Below, in pieces: positions 29,111 through 42,200 of a stretch of DNA of 64,000 nucleotides (the stretch's first letter is position 1; every line of letters starts with the position of its first letter). Made by a program: the position numbers and the translations under genes. A model generated the notes under the pieces. It made no database searches, was not told the DNA's origin, and saw nothing but the letters and a program-made list of their open reading frames with translations. This stretch comes from Octopus vulgaris (Eukaryota). The stretch covers positions 38,192,001-38,256,000 of the forward strand of contig OX597825.1 in the NCBI GenBank assembly GCA_951406725.2, read 5' to 3'.

Positions 29111-29541
29111 TAAAAATATAGAATTTAGTTAAATTCGAAGGATTCATTTGTATAGTTTTGTTATTATCCAAAATCACAAAGAGGATAAGTAGATGTATAC
29201 TCTTACTGAACCAAATGGTTTTACTTGAAAGAAATCTTGATTTATGACCCTGCCACTTAAACTGTCTTTTTACCCAATCCATAACGGATAGATTCTAGTT
29301 TCTATTAGACTTGATAAACTAGTCTATAAGTTAAAACTCACCCCACCCCCACCACTAGTAAATCTGAATAACAAATATAATCAATGCTAAGCAGTGTCTT
29401 CCTTTGAAAAAATCCCAGTTACCACTGTGTTGTTGTTGTTAAATATGTTCTTTGTCTGTATACTCATCCTCTTTGTGATTTTGGATAATAAGAAAACTAT
29501 ACAAATGAATCCTTCTAATTTAACTAAATTCTAAATTTTTA

Positions 29542-29628
29542 TGTAGCTGAAGATTGCTCTACATTTTAAATTGATATAATATTTGCATTGTTCAATTAAA
29601 TGGAGCCGCATGAAACGATCGTACTGCA
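29542..29628 (+). ncRNA. Type I hammerhead, family C
   Basis: TGTAG-CTGAAGA-TTGC...GCAT-GAAACGATCGTA-CTGCA. Confidence 0.8.
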
Positions 29629-29769
29629 TTACCTGGATATACTTGTTGCTTATTTTTATTATGACCACCCCCAATTTGAATTATATCGATAATACCATAC
29701 TAAATTCTGGTGCCTTTAACTTAAGTACCATATTCATCAGAATCACTCTCTCTCTCTCTCTCTCTCTCT

Positions 29770-29836
<67 letters not shown>

Positions 29837-30493
29837 TATAACTGCGTAAGTAGGGAACAATGCCAGAAGTTGTAACGTAAACTACGACAGGAAAAGAAAA
29901 AAAACGAAATAAAACCCTTTGCAATTTTGCCTTATATTTCTATATTTCGGAGTTATATACTCATCTCCAGGACATTTCAAAAAGCGTGAAGGGGAGAAGT
30001 TGTTCAAATGTGCCGGGCAATAAAGTAGAGGACGGCAACGTGCATAAAATATACATATTCTTTATTACATTGTAATTTCTCGATTAGTTTCAATGTAGCG
30101 CGTTGTGTGTTATTGTATTCTATAGCGTCTCTGCCAGCGAGCTCTGCAGTTGTTAAACAACCATAAGTATAGTCATTCCTCACAAGTCTCTAAGACTTGT
30201 CCCCTTGTGAGCAGCAATAATTTTCAATTAATTATCAAATGCTCGTAGATTTTTGTAAAACCCAATCAAAGTGGAAACAGTTTTATTTCGTAGATTGAGA
30301 AAAGCTCGCGCGTGTCTGGTTATATAACAATTCCCTTAATCTCTATCGGCATTCGAAGACTGCCAGAAGCTAATTATGTTTTCTGCTATGTGTGTAACGA
30401 TAAAGCTTTGATCATCTTAATCCATGCCGATCAAATCCGTTAAGAATAGACTCTATCTTACAAAATGAAATTTTACATGAATCATTATAACCC

Positions 30494-31039
30494 CTTTCTA
30501 CTAATAGCACTTTGGGGTGCGGGATATTAGTCGAATACATCGACCACAGTTTTCCACTGCTACTTAATTCATCAATCCCGAAAGGATGAAAACCAAAGTC
30601 GACCGCGGTGGAATTTGAACTCAGAAAGTAGCGGCTGACGAAATATCTATTTCTCTAGAGGGGACGAACAAGGACAGACAAACAGAATAAGCCGATTATA
30701 TCGACCCCAATGCGTAACTGCTACTTATTTAATCGACCCCGAAAAGATGAAAGCCAAAGTCGACCTCGGCGGAATTTGAACTCAGAACGTAGCGACTGAC
30801 GAAATACCTATTTCTTTACTACCCACAAGGGGCTAAACACAGAGGAGACAAACTAGGACAGATAGACGGATTAAATCGATTATATCGACCCCACTGCGTA
30901 ACTGGTACTTAATTTATCGACCCCGAAAGGATGAAAGGCAAAGTCGACCTCGGCCTAATTTGACCTCAGAACGTAACGGTAGACAAAGCACCGCTAAGCA
31001 TTTCGCCCGGCGTGCTAACGTTTCTGGCAGAACACCGCC
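30494..31039 (-). mobile_element. tRNA-derived SINE family 2 (Nin/Deu-like central domain), trimeric copy
   Basis: Head GGCGGTGTTCTGCCAGAAACGTTAGCACGCCGGGCG; three repeats of GTTCTGAG(T/G)TCAAATT..GCCGAGGTCGACTTTG.CTTTCATCCTTTCGGGGTCGAT. Confidence 0.87.
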
Positions 31040-33947
31040 TTTACATGAAGCATCATAATAGGAATGAAAAAATCAAATACTACCCAGTAGTTACAAGCAT
31101 TTTCCCGTAAAGTAAATAATTCCTTTAGCAGTAACAGTGATAATTACACGTTCCATTTTAAAGTACAGTGTTAGCCACAGACATCTCCTAATTCGGTAGC
31201 TTCATAATCCCTTGATTAATTTGTGAGAAAACTTGACTATTCTGTTCGGTCATATTTTTTTCTTCTAATCTATTTTCACATTATGGCGTGTGCAATTTAT
31301 TCATCCTTATTACCATAATTCATATTTTGCTTTCTTGATTAACAATTCTTATTATTGTATATTAACTTCAGCTTCTTCCTTCGTCATACAATTTCTGACT
31401 TCTTTTCGTACACTAATTACATTCTTTTCCTGCTGAGTTACGGTTACTCGTCTACATTATTTCACTCACTTATTCCTAATCTTTTTTGCTTCACCATACT
31501 TTTTCCCGAAACGTTCCCTGTATCTACTTTGCCTCCCTCTATTCGATTCTCGCTCCCGTGATCTACAATATTGTCCTGTTTCTGTAATGAACCAAGAAAA
31601 CTTGATAACAACTGCGTTCGAACCATACCGTCACCCATACTATACAAGTTATTTACATTTCATTAATATGTAAATAATAGAATAAATAAATGGATATTCA
31701 CCTTAGCGGCATTAACTTGTTAAATCGTCAGGTGAAAATGTAAGAAGTGAAATGTAACAATAAATACTGTCACCTGCAGGCAAACACATACACGAATTCA
31801 CACGCTTATGACGTATGCACACACTAGTTGACGCACACGGTTAATTATCGTAATTTCGTAGGCATGTATTTGTATGACAATAGCGTTCATATGAGTGCGT
31901 GGGTTTATGCATGTGTGCCAGTGTCAATATCGTTCGTTTGGATCGCACTATTTCTGTCTGTATACTCTGTCTGTCAGAACACACAACGTGACTAAGTTTC
32001 AGAATACGTCCAAGGAGGAATGTATACGTCAGAACAATCAGGAAACCGGCGTTATGCTCTATACGCAGTAATGTGGACTAACCTGGTTATATACATATGA
32101 AACCGCGATAGCTTGTGTGCCAGGTAAACAAAGATTATATTGGCGAAATATTAAGTGAAAAAAATATATATCACGAAATTTCAGATAACATATTGTGTAT
32201 TCATTATATCAGAAAATTCAACAGGAAATTGAGAATAAATAGAAAGAGATATGCAAATATACATGTTTACTTGCATAATAATACAGACACAAACAAGCAC
32301 ATACATAGACACATGTATAGGAACATATACACGCACATGGAAATCACATACATACAAACACACTTAAATTTACAGGATATATACGAATATAAACCAGAAA
32401 AGACGCGTGGCATTAAAGCACGCACACAATTTCGGACGTATATGATTCAGTATATGCATTGAACATTTCTGCTCTTATTGTAGAAAACACTTGAAAAGAT
32501 AGCGTATTAATTGCATGCGGGAGGCCAAGACTTTTTTGTATCAGCCTAACCATCTTTGATCCTTAACGCTCGTACATACATATCAGCAAACAGTAATCAA
32601 TGGTTATTGATAGGCACAATAACTGAACCTTGGTTAAGATCACTGGGTTTCACTTAGCAACATATTCCATGCTTGTATTCCTTGTATTTTTCTCCGATCA
32701 ATGTGACGTGATGCATGCAAAAGTTCTGATCTTGCATCAAGCCATGTTTGAACAAAATAGGAGAAGTGAATATTAAAATAACTCTATTACTTTGATGATT
32801 TCGTTTTGTTGATATTTGTTTTTTCCCTCTTTATTTTCTTTCCTGAAACAACATCATATGTGTTTTATTAAATGAAGCGTATTAACTTTAATCCTCACCA
32901 TATATATATTTTTTCAATGAAAGAAAATTTTGTGCCTCTTCTTTCTTAGATTACACGCAACAGCAATCTATTGTGTGTGTTTCATAGCTAAAATAGCGGT
33001 ACTAAGAGATGTGTACGGAAGTAGGTTGGCAATGTTTCGAGACTAGCAAACCCGCTCTTTCCTTTCAAAAGACATAGATTGATAAGTTCAAAAGAAACCT
33101 TTTACACTATGAACTCGTTCACACGAGGCTCTATAAATTGACTTCTAAGTCTTTGATAGTGGTACGGATATTATAAATCTTTCTCCAGTGATGTGATCAC
33201 CTATTTATTGTAGTATGAAGGCAACTAAATCAATACCAACGCTGTATCCACGACTAGTCCGCAGTTCTTTATTACTCGACAAATTAGAAACGTAATTAGA
33301 GACGATTTGCCAGGAAATGTGTACTCAAATGTTATCAAAGGTCATCAAAGACAACTCCCATTAGTGTCAGGCCATAATGCTTTACCGAAAATTACATAAC
33401 ACCAACGTGATATCTTCTTTGTTATTGTTTTCGTAAGGGTAGAAATATTCAGAACCGAGTATAAAACATCAGAAATAGTAAATCGTGCACACACACACAC
33501 ACACGCACACACACATACACACACACACACACGCGCACGCACGCACGCACGCACACACACAAACACACACACACCGACAGACACACACACATATATATAT
33601 ATCTATCTATGTATATATATATGAACTTACTTGGAAATGGATGCGTAGTGTTTAATCAAATAATAATATAAATATGCATGTATGAAAGTACGTATTTTGT
33701 AAATGCGTAAGTTAATTATATCATTAGCATAATGTTGTTGGGAGGTTTGTATGATTTTTTTTTTACTTTCCTCACATACTTTCATTTACTTTCATATTTA
33801 AATAACCTTCGGTATTCGCTTTCACTTCGCAATTCATCTCTATTAATCTCTCGCGATCTCCCGCTGCACACACCTACTCACACATATATTAATGAAAGCA
33901 TCTCTACTGTATACTGTCTCTTCCTACTCATTTATCTAACAAAGTCC

Positions 33948-34015
<68 letters not shown>

Positions 34016-34030
34016 ATTTATCTATCTATG
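33948..34030. repeat. (TATC)n microsatellite without insertion
   Basis: Direct reading. Confidence 0.95.
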
Positions 34031-34716
34031 TGTGTACACCATGTGTTTGCATCTCTGCTTACATTAATCTGTTAAATATTTATCTATGAAAACGTATTTA
34101 TATTTCAGTCTGTATGCAACCCATCTATCATCTCCCTGCATATCTATCAATATATCTACATTTCCTATGCTTAACGATCAATCGAACTGTCTAAATGTAC
34201 GCTTCATCATATATGCCAGTAACTATGTGTAAATGAAATATGCTTGCAGAAAAGCGTTAAATGAAAATTTAGTATACATCACGTTTAGGTGTATATTGTG
34301 TTTTTTTTCCCTTTATTTAGGCTTCTTCGAAAATTTGTAACTAATTGTAGAGCGGTTACGTCGGAACACTGGTTTCGAATGCTCTAGTCGCTCTCAGGAA
34401 TAATAAAATTTCCAATATATGTATTTTATTGACACTAAATGACACTTGAATCAATTGCCGTTTTGTGTCGCTGATAAGAAACTCGTATATATATTGTCAC
34501 AAGTACACAGGTACACGCAGTAAGTTTTTTTCTTCCATCTTTTCATTAGAAACATTTCAATTCACTTCTATTAATATATATCTTTAGAAAAAAATTGCAC
34601 AGATACATTGTTCCTCAAATCCCTTTACTGAAAATGTAGGTGTTTTTTAACATCCTAGTTACATTAAGTGACTATTATAATTCTCCTTTCTGGTGAAACA
34701 TTTCATACACACACGG

Positions 34717-34765
<49 letters not shown>

Positions 34766-34944
34766 TGTTGTGTGTTTGCACGGACATGAGAAAACGATAC
34801 TCCTACTTGAAACCTATAGCATCTCAAGGCAGCTTAGTTTCTTGAAATCTTGGTTGCTGCGAATCTAGTCGCTTCTTATATTTAGAGATTATTTCATGTT
34901 TAAAGAAACAATTGTATTAATATTATTTGTTATTGCAGGTATCG

Positions 34945-35160
34945 TGGCGATCTGGCAGAATCCTTAGCACGCCGGACAGAATGTTTAGCGGTATTTTGTC
35001 CGTCTGTACGTCGTGACTTCAAATCCACAGAGGTCGATTTAGCCATTCCTCCTTTTGGGGCCGATAAATTAAGCGTCAGCGTAACACTGGGGTCGATGAA
35101 ATCGACTAGTCTCAACCTCCACAATTTCATACCTTGCGCCTTTATTAGAAAATATTATTA
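34945..35160 (+). mobile_element. SINE family 2, monomer
   Basis: GGCGATCTGGCAGAATCCTTAGCACGCCGG...CACTGGGGTCGATGAAATCGACT...CCTTGCGCCTTTATTAGAAAATATTATT. Confidence 0.82.
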
Positions 35161-36460
35161 GTTATGCTATAACAATTTCTCTCTTTGCCTTATCAGTCAT
35201 GATATCGCAAGGCTGTATTTGATGCTTGTACACTTCATGTCAAAGCATCATTCTTAAAATCAGCGTCTGTATCTTGCTTGGGTATGCTGTAGACCACATG
35301 CTAGAGTATATTTTTATAATCTGTCGGTCAATCACAAAGATGTAGTATATTTTATAAGCAAGGAAAACTTAACAGAACATATGTCCATACTTTATAATAA
35401 ATTGACTCTTATCACGCAAAGATATATACACATATGTTTATTCAATCCTGAAATCAGCTCGTTTCACACACATATTCGTAATCACTTACTATGTGACATA
35501 TACGCGTGTTTACATGTGAGAGCACACAAATGTATGAAGTGCAATAAGTGGCGATCCTGCTTCCCTACCAACTAATGCATATGGATCTGTGAAATGACGG
35601 TATGTTAGTTTCTGGATGTTCAATGACTTTTCTGCTTAAAGAAGTCCCTCATAAATTAGGCACATAACCAGCATCATCCAATAAGATTACTATGGATTGT
35701 GGCTCTACATAACTGGAAGATTAAAATTCATGGCGCAGATTTTTCTTAACGGGGGTTGCATGGCTTTGCGTTCGACTCCTTAAATATACTTCTATTCATA
35801 TGTCCAGGCCTGTTGTGTTATATTTTGACACCTGATTGACCTAAAACAATTTTGACGCTAGCAGGTTTGACGCCTCATGTAGAAACTTGAGCAAAATAAT
35901 AATATGGACGGATACAATAATTTGATAAGCAAATAGATAGATAGATTGATAGATAGGTAGATAGATAGATAGACAGATATCAAATGAAACATCACCACGT
36001 GTTCTATCAATGAGACACTATTTAATGATTTAAAGTGTTGTTTCTTGATATTATTTGGCTGAAGGTTGAGATATTATGGTAGTTTAGCAACAGATATTCG
36101 CATCATCAATTATTTTCAGTTAATCCAGATGAACTAATTCTATGTACAATATTGAAATATTATGATAAAAGAATTATAATTATGCTTGTATGGTCGGAGA
36201 AATTATTATTTAGAGAATTGAATTTAATGTTTCAGCAATTATTTCTGTGCAAAATTGATGATGTGGACTTAATGACTGCAATGGAAATAATATCTTGGAA
36301 ACAAATATTTAAATATTGATTCCTTATTCCTTAATGAATCTGTTCAGAGACACATGTGCGTTGAAAATGTTTTCCCTGTTACAAACGGAGCTAAAATATG
36401 AAACAGTTTTATATTTAAGAGATGAGAAATTATGTACATTATTTACATTATTTACAATAT

Positions 36461-36548
36461 TGCGTGGCAACTTGGGCAAGTGTCTTCTACTATAGCCTCG
36501 TGCCGGGCAAATCTTTGTAAGTATATATATATATATATATATATATAG

Positions 36549-36633
<85 letters not shown>

Positions 36634-36841
36634 TATGTGTTTGTGTTTGTTCCCCCAACATCGCTTGACAACTGATGCTGGTGTGTTTACGTCCCTGTAA
36701 CATAACAGTTCGGCAAAAGAGACCGATAGAATAAGTTCTAGGCTTACAAAGAATAAGTCCTTGGATCGATTTGCTCGCCTAAAGGTGGTGCTCCAGCATG
36801 GCTACAATCAAATGACCGAAACAAGTAAAAGAATAAAAGAA
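36461..36841 (+). mobile_element. SINE family 1, headless copy with expanded internal microsatellite
   Basis: TGCGTGGCAACTTGGGCAAGTGTCTTCTACTATAGCCTCG...GCTTGACAACTGATGCTGG...GAAACAAGTAAAAGAATAAAAGA. Confidence 0.87.
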
Positions 36842-37429
36842 TGTAGATAGACAGACCGACAGACAGTCAGATAGAAAAAATACATACATACATAAACAGA
36901 CATACAGACACCCATATGCAAGTATTTATGCACAATTATATGTATGCGTGCATGTGAGTACGTGTGGGGTGCATACGTGCATACAGAACGTATATCTGTA
37001 CAGTGTACATCTAACAAATTTCATTTACAATTGAATGATGAATCCAATTGTGTAGTAGATGACAAAAAGGACCAAAACCTGACCTATATGATTGCGATGT
37101 GAACGTCCGTAACCAAACACACATCGGTTTTCCCATAGTCCGTGTTTTATGTTCCTAATCGCCATTAAATTTATAACGTTTTATTCACTGTCCTCCTTTC
37201 TTTTAAAGATAATCAAGAAATAAAAATAAACATTTCATCATGAACAAAATAGTTTCATCTCCTCAAATAATTCCTTGCATATACAGCTAAATTACATCTT
37301 AGCCTAATGCAATTCCTCACACAGTTATAAAGTATTAATGAAATTTTACGTACTTGCGGCAATTGAAAGAGAAAATGTACTTAAGATATTTATAATCCAG
37401 GCTCTGCAATATTTCAAAATGCTTCATAT

Positions 37430-37570
37430 TTTACATTAACATTTGACAGACAGTTGCCCTCACCTTGATTGTTGTTAACACAACGTTTCGGCTGATATAC
37501 CCTCCAGCCTTCATCAGGTGTCTTGCGGAAATTTTGAACCTGGATTCTCATTTCTAAGGTATTTTTCGAT
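37430..37570 (-). mobile_element. Short hammerhead-bearing PLE-derived element, family A
   Basis: Homologous to 9815-9955; preceded in its own orientation by (AAT)n(AAG)n. Confidence 0.75.
37477..37522 (-). ncRNA. Minimal type I hammerhead ribozyme, family A (intact core)
   Basis: Minus strand GACAC-CUGAUGA-A-GGCUG-gagggUAUAU-CAGCC-GAAA-C-GUU-GUGUU: stem I GACAC/GUGUU, stem II GGCUG/CAGCC, palindromic AACGUU stem III. Confidence 0.85.
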
Positions 37571-37691
37571 CTTCTTCTTCTTCTTCTTCTTCTTCTTCTT
37601 CTTCTTCTTCTTCTTCTTCTTCTTCTTCTTCTTCTTCTTCTTCTTCTTCTTCTTCTTCTTCTTCTTCTTCTTCTTCTTCTTCTTCTTCTGC

Positions 37692-37775
<84 letters not shown>
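37570..37775. repeat. Compound (CTT)n(TTA)n microsatellite
   Basis: Direct reading. Confidence 0.97.
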
Positions 37776-37778
<3 letters not shown>

Positions 37779-38169
37779 TCAGTGCCACATAGCCACTTCT
37801 TTGATGAAGAAATAAATGGGATAATTATGCCCTTATACAGCACAGCAAATTAGCGCTTATGTTGTTTAAAAAATTAGGATTTAAATAACCCCTTTAGATT
37901 AAATCTGATGAGAGAAATATAAATGAGTGTTATGGTTGGAATTAACTCGCTCATACCAATATTTATCTTCTCGAAATGGCCGTCATACTTTACTCTTGCT
38001 GAAGGTTCCTTTTAAAATTTTTTTATACTAACTTTCTCATATGTTGGATTACTTATTGCTTTACATTCATCATCTTCACATTCACCATCTCACAAGTACA
38101 TCTATGTATTTTTATATATTTATAAATTTTTATATTATATGTCGTATATATGAATGCACCTTTATATAT

Positions 38170-38342
38170 TTTCTTTCTCCGCCTTCCCTTCCTTAGACTT
38201 TTTCTTTTTTCTATATTTCTAACGAAGAGTTCCGCTCGAAACGTTAAATCCTACTTCATTCTTTCCTTTCCTGAGCGTCCAATAACGCTATACTTGTTCC
38301 ACGTCATGGCGTTGTTGGTTTTCTCTTTGTTCCTGTTTGGAT

Positions 38343-38350
<8 letters not shown>
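38170..38350 (+). mobile_element. Short hammerhead-bearing PLE-derived element, family B
   Basis: Shares TTTCCTGAGCGTCCAATAAC.CTATACTTGTT and the 3' end ATTAACTATATA with 53922-54140. Confidence 0.75.
38215..38249 (+). ncRNA. Minimal type I hammerhead, family B (G5A core mutation)
   Basis: ATTT-CTAACGA-A-GAGT-TCC-GCTC-GAAACGTT-AAAT; homologous to 54031-54065. Confidence 0.7.
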
Positions 38351-38388
<38 letters not shown>

Positions 38389-38881
38389 CACCCACACACA
38401 TACATAGATACTTATATAAATACATATATATGAGGAATAGTAGAGGCACAGGTGACAACACATTACGGCCGTCTCCAACAACTCCACTAATTGATTAAGG
38501 AAAAGGTGACATCATTATAAAGAAACTCTTTTTTCAGATGACTTCAAGGACTTCACTATGAGGGACATTCAAAATGTTTAAAGTCCACGGAGCAAAATAT
38601 TTTCAGTGATTTGGTAATATTTCATTTGATAGAAGCTAGGTCTAATTGTCAACATACACTGAATCAACAGCATTCGGCTATATAGCATACAGTGTGAAAA
38701 CCATTTGCTGGTATGCCCCGACGGTGGGATGTAACATTAAATTCGAAATATGAATATAAGCAGCGTTAATGTTGTAACCGTGATCGACCACACGTATTCA
38801 ACATAGCGCTTTTGCGTCTTCACCTGTAGGTTGTGGTTCCTCATTCACGTCTTAATTGGATTTGGTACGAGTTGTTTTGCC

Positions 38882-39068
38882 TGTCAATGACTTTCAAGTG
38901 TTTTAACCCCCGGTGCTCTGAACGAGTCATTCCCCAAGTGTTTTAACCCCCATATCTATATATATATAACGCGTTGGGAATGACTCACTCAAAGCAGTGG
39001 GGGTTAAAACACTTGGGGAATGACTCGTTCAAAGCACCGGGGGTAAAAACACTTGAAAGTCATAGACA
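38882..39068. mobile_element. Foldback/MITE-like element with ~71 bp inverted arms built of ~41 bp subrepeats
   Basis: Left arm 38882-38952 is the near-perfect reverse complement of right arm 38998-39068; the motif AAGTGTTTTAACCCCC is repeated in each arm. Confidence 0.75.
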
Positions 39069-39072
39069 CGCG

Positions 39073-39119
<47 letters not shown>

Positions 39120-39449
39120 TATTCATTTATATACCTATATATATTCCATATAGAGGCACACGCATATACACACATATGTGTATATTATATGCTTCCGTTT
39201 ATATGTTTCTAGAAAGACATATTCTGCGTGACGAAATATAAATACCGCATTTTTGTCGTATTACATGCCCTATATAATGTCTGTTTATGTGACTATTCAT
39301 TTCTCATAAGATCAACAAAGGCAACTAGCAAATGTATTGTTAGGATTTTTCAATGAAATCGTTTAAAATCAGGTAAAATGCTGCTCTAGTATGAATACAG
39401 TACAATGAGATAGTTAAAATAAAAATGAAAGAATTTAGTATTCATCATA

Positions 39450-40800
39450 TAGTAAGAAAGTATAGCAATGCCTGTAGGAAAGAATAATAACATTCTGTAC
39501 ATTCAGTCTTATAATCTTTAAATATGACGTATCAAAATATTTGTATTCAACACAATGGCAAGTGTCGTTTGAAAACTTACTTGCAGCGTTGAGTGGCTTT
39601 TTAAATTTGCTCAGTACATATACATTGAAAATGTTCGGACTTTGACAGACTGTCCAAGGCAATATTCCAACTGCCAGCAACACTGTTATATAAACATGCA
39701 CGCTATTATTTAGTATGCCTCAACACGCTACACTATACACACGATTTTTATAGATCAAACCATTTGTAACACTGGGGAACATTTATTCAATTATCTTTCC
39801 AGATTTTTGCAATTGCTGTTTGTGAACACAATGTATACATGCCAGTAATAAATATTACTGAGTAAATAATATGTTAAATAAATTTAAGGCAAAATATGTT
39901 TCAGTGCTCCTGTGAATAAATTGTTGAAAATATTCCAATATATTACGAGTATGTAGAGACTGAATTTCCATGATTTAGACTTCTAAGGAAGGAGATAATG
40001 TTTAAAATTACAAACGATTTAGGAATTACAATAATAATATGAGAAATGTAGTTTTATGAAACTTAATGTACACTAATTCCATAGCTTTCAGTATCAAAGT
40101 TAACCTCAACTGTTGACATGGATAAGCTTAATGATTATCATTCAATATAATGAAGTAAAGGCAATGTTTAAAGCAGAGTCGTGTCAATGATTTGGAGACA
40201 TTATTTACTTAAGAAAACTTTGCAAAAATGCCACACTAATACTGTTATAATACGATTTGATAACATTATGAAAATGGGGACCGAGTGAAAAGACAATTTT
40301 AGAGACTTAATATCGTTTGACATAGTGGAAGATTTTTATAAATCATATATCGAATTTTATTTGTAGAGAATTTATCATTATCGGCAGCCACGTTTATGTT
40401 GAAATTTTTAGAAGTATGTTTGAGTTAGGATATAAGCGACGCAATAGAAACAAACGATTACATATATAAATGTTTATTCCATTTAGTAAACTTCATATAT
40501 ATTTCAAATTTAGAAAGTCACATGTAAATAAACAGTGGAAAATTGCTTGGTATTGTACATTAGTCCGAGCAATAACCTACAGAGTTAAGTGAGCGTTAAT
40601 AACATGAACCAAGAAATGTTAATTAATTAAAACTATGGCCATATTGAGGAGAAATTTCATTACGTTAATGATTGTAGCTAAGAATTGTAAGGAAGAACTA
40701 CTTTGGAAATTAACTAAATTAATTTCAAATCGAATACTCTACCAAATGAGTCTAATCTTTGCTTTTATGGTGGCATTCAGTACAAGTTGTTTCGAACAGT
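39450..40800 (+). mobile_element. Highly decayed LINE ORF2 remnant (RT to C-terminal finger)
   Basis: Scattered, frameshifted resemblances in correct order; the best is IEEKFHYVNDC (IEDEFHF..DC-like) at ~40641. Confidence 0.35.
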
Positions 40801-41649
40801 TTAAGGTCTCGTCAGATGTCATGAAAAATATATGTATAGAGGGAATTTTACTGAATAGACACTCTATGTAAAATATCAATTGAACTATTCATAACTAAAA
40901 GAATGTTCATGAAAATCCTAGTTCAACTGAAACAATACTTTCCTTATTGAACGTGGGTAATTGTTTAATATTATGAAGCCTTCTTTGCAACAACTACTTC
41001 TAAAATCACAGGCTTTTGCTGATTAAACAGCAAAGAAGTCTATATACAATCCAATGACATATAGAAATAGCTTACACATATCTAGCAAATCACAATCTAA
41101 GTGAAGTTAACAAATGCTGAAAGGACTGTAACAGTAACACAAACGGCTATACTTTCACTTATTAGTTCTCTAATTTAAGTTAAAGTTAGTTACTTCAGCA
41201 AATAAGTTAGAGTCAGAAGAAAAGGAGAATTGTTTTGAAGCATTACAATGCTACTCGCATGTCGCTTGCTAACGTCTCAGATTCTAAATGAATGAGCTCT
41301 CTACTACGTGTCTTCATTAAAATCTAAAATGAAATTTTATCCTTTTAATTAGTAGAAGAATTGTTCTCTCAAAGACCCAATTATAGGTTTCTAAACATAT
41401 ATCGGAACAGAAAACTTCCCCAACAACCTGCAACAAACTGAACCCAGTAACAACATTGAATGACAAGTTGTTGGCGGTTGTCTTTGAGTCGGATTATGTC
41501 AACGAAGATAGAACACACACCACACATCCGATCAATGTATTTCCTCTCACAATTCATAAGCCCACTCAGGAATATCGTAAAACCTAAAGTAATCATTATA
41601 CCACACATCGGAATTTAACTAAGAATCACGATTTCCCAATCGACATTCT

Positions 41650-42200
41650 TTACTTACTGGCTATAATTGAATCCAAAAATACTAATCGTTTATTGCCCAA
41701 CATAACATAAGTAATATTAATTTGCCAAATATAAAGTGTCTTCCCATCAATTGAATAAAACGACTCATTCTGAACATAGATTGTGCCCACTTCATGACGA
41801 GTAGAAGTGCTTGGATGTTTTAGTAAAAAATTGTCTCACGTTCCATTGTAAATTCTGACATAGCAACTAAGCATATACAATGGGGTTTCGTCATTAGCAA
41901 GTTTCATTGTGTTATCGCAATCAAATACGTTCATAACATCCGTTCCGTCTAATCACTGATTAACATTAGCAATATGGTGTAGAATACGTATATGTTCATG
42001 TAAATGAAGCATAATCTATTAACCGATGTAACACACAAGTCAAGTTCTTTATTTGTTTTAGCAGAGTCTACTATTCTAGACGCTCTCGAGTTAGGATTTA
42101 ACTCTGATGATGATCCGCCAGTCGTTACTGCTTCCTATCTTTTTCTTATCATCTCAAAGGATATTGAAACGGTAATGGACGTTGTCTGCCCTTCTCTGAC
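41650..42200 (-). pseudogene. Possible decayed ankyrin-repeat coding sequence
   Basis: Minus-frame fragments EGQTT, ILHHIANVNQ*LD, CDNTMKLANDETPLYM...FLLKH, DGKTLYIW...GNKRLVFL; in-frame stops. Confidence 0.35.

Larger units (their letters stand above)
29011..29745. mobile_element. Family C element with inverted partial duplicate (arms ~29011-29190 and ~29461-29639)
   Basis: ~180 bp imperfect inverted repeat, each arm with a hammerhead; the right copy extends to 29745 and matches 62015-62350 (minus). Confidence 0.8.

Noticed and set aside
30494-31039. CRISPR-like repeat-spacer pattern
   Set aside because: Long homologous SINE units in eukaryotic DNA; no unique spacers and no cas genes
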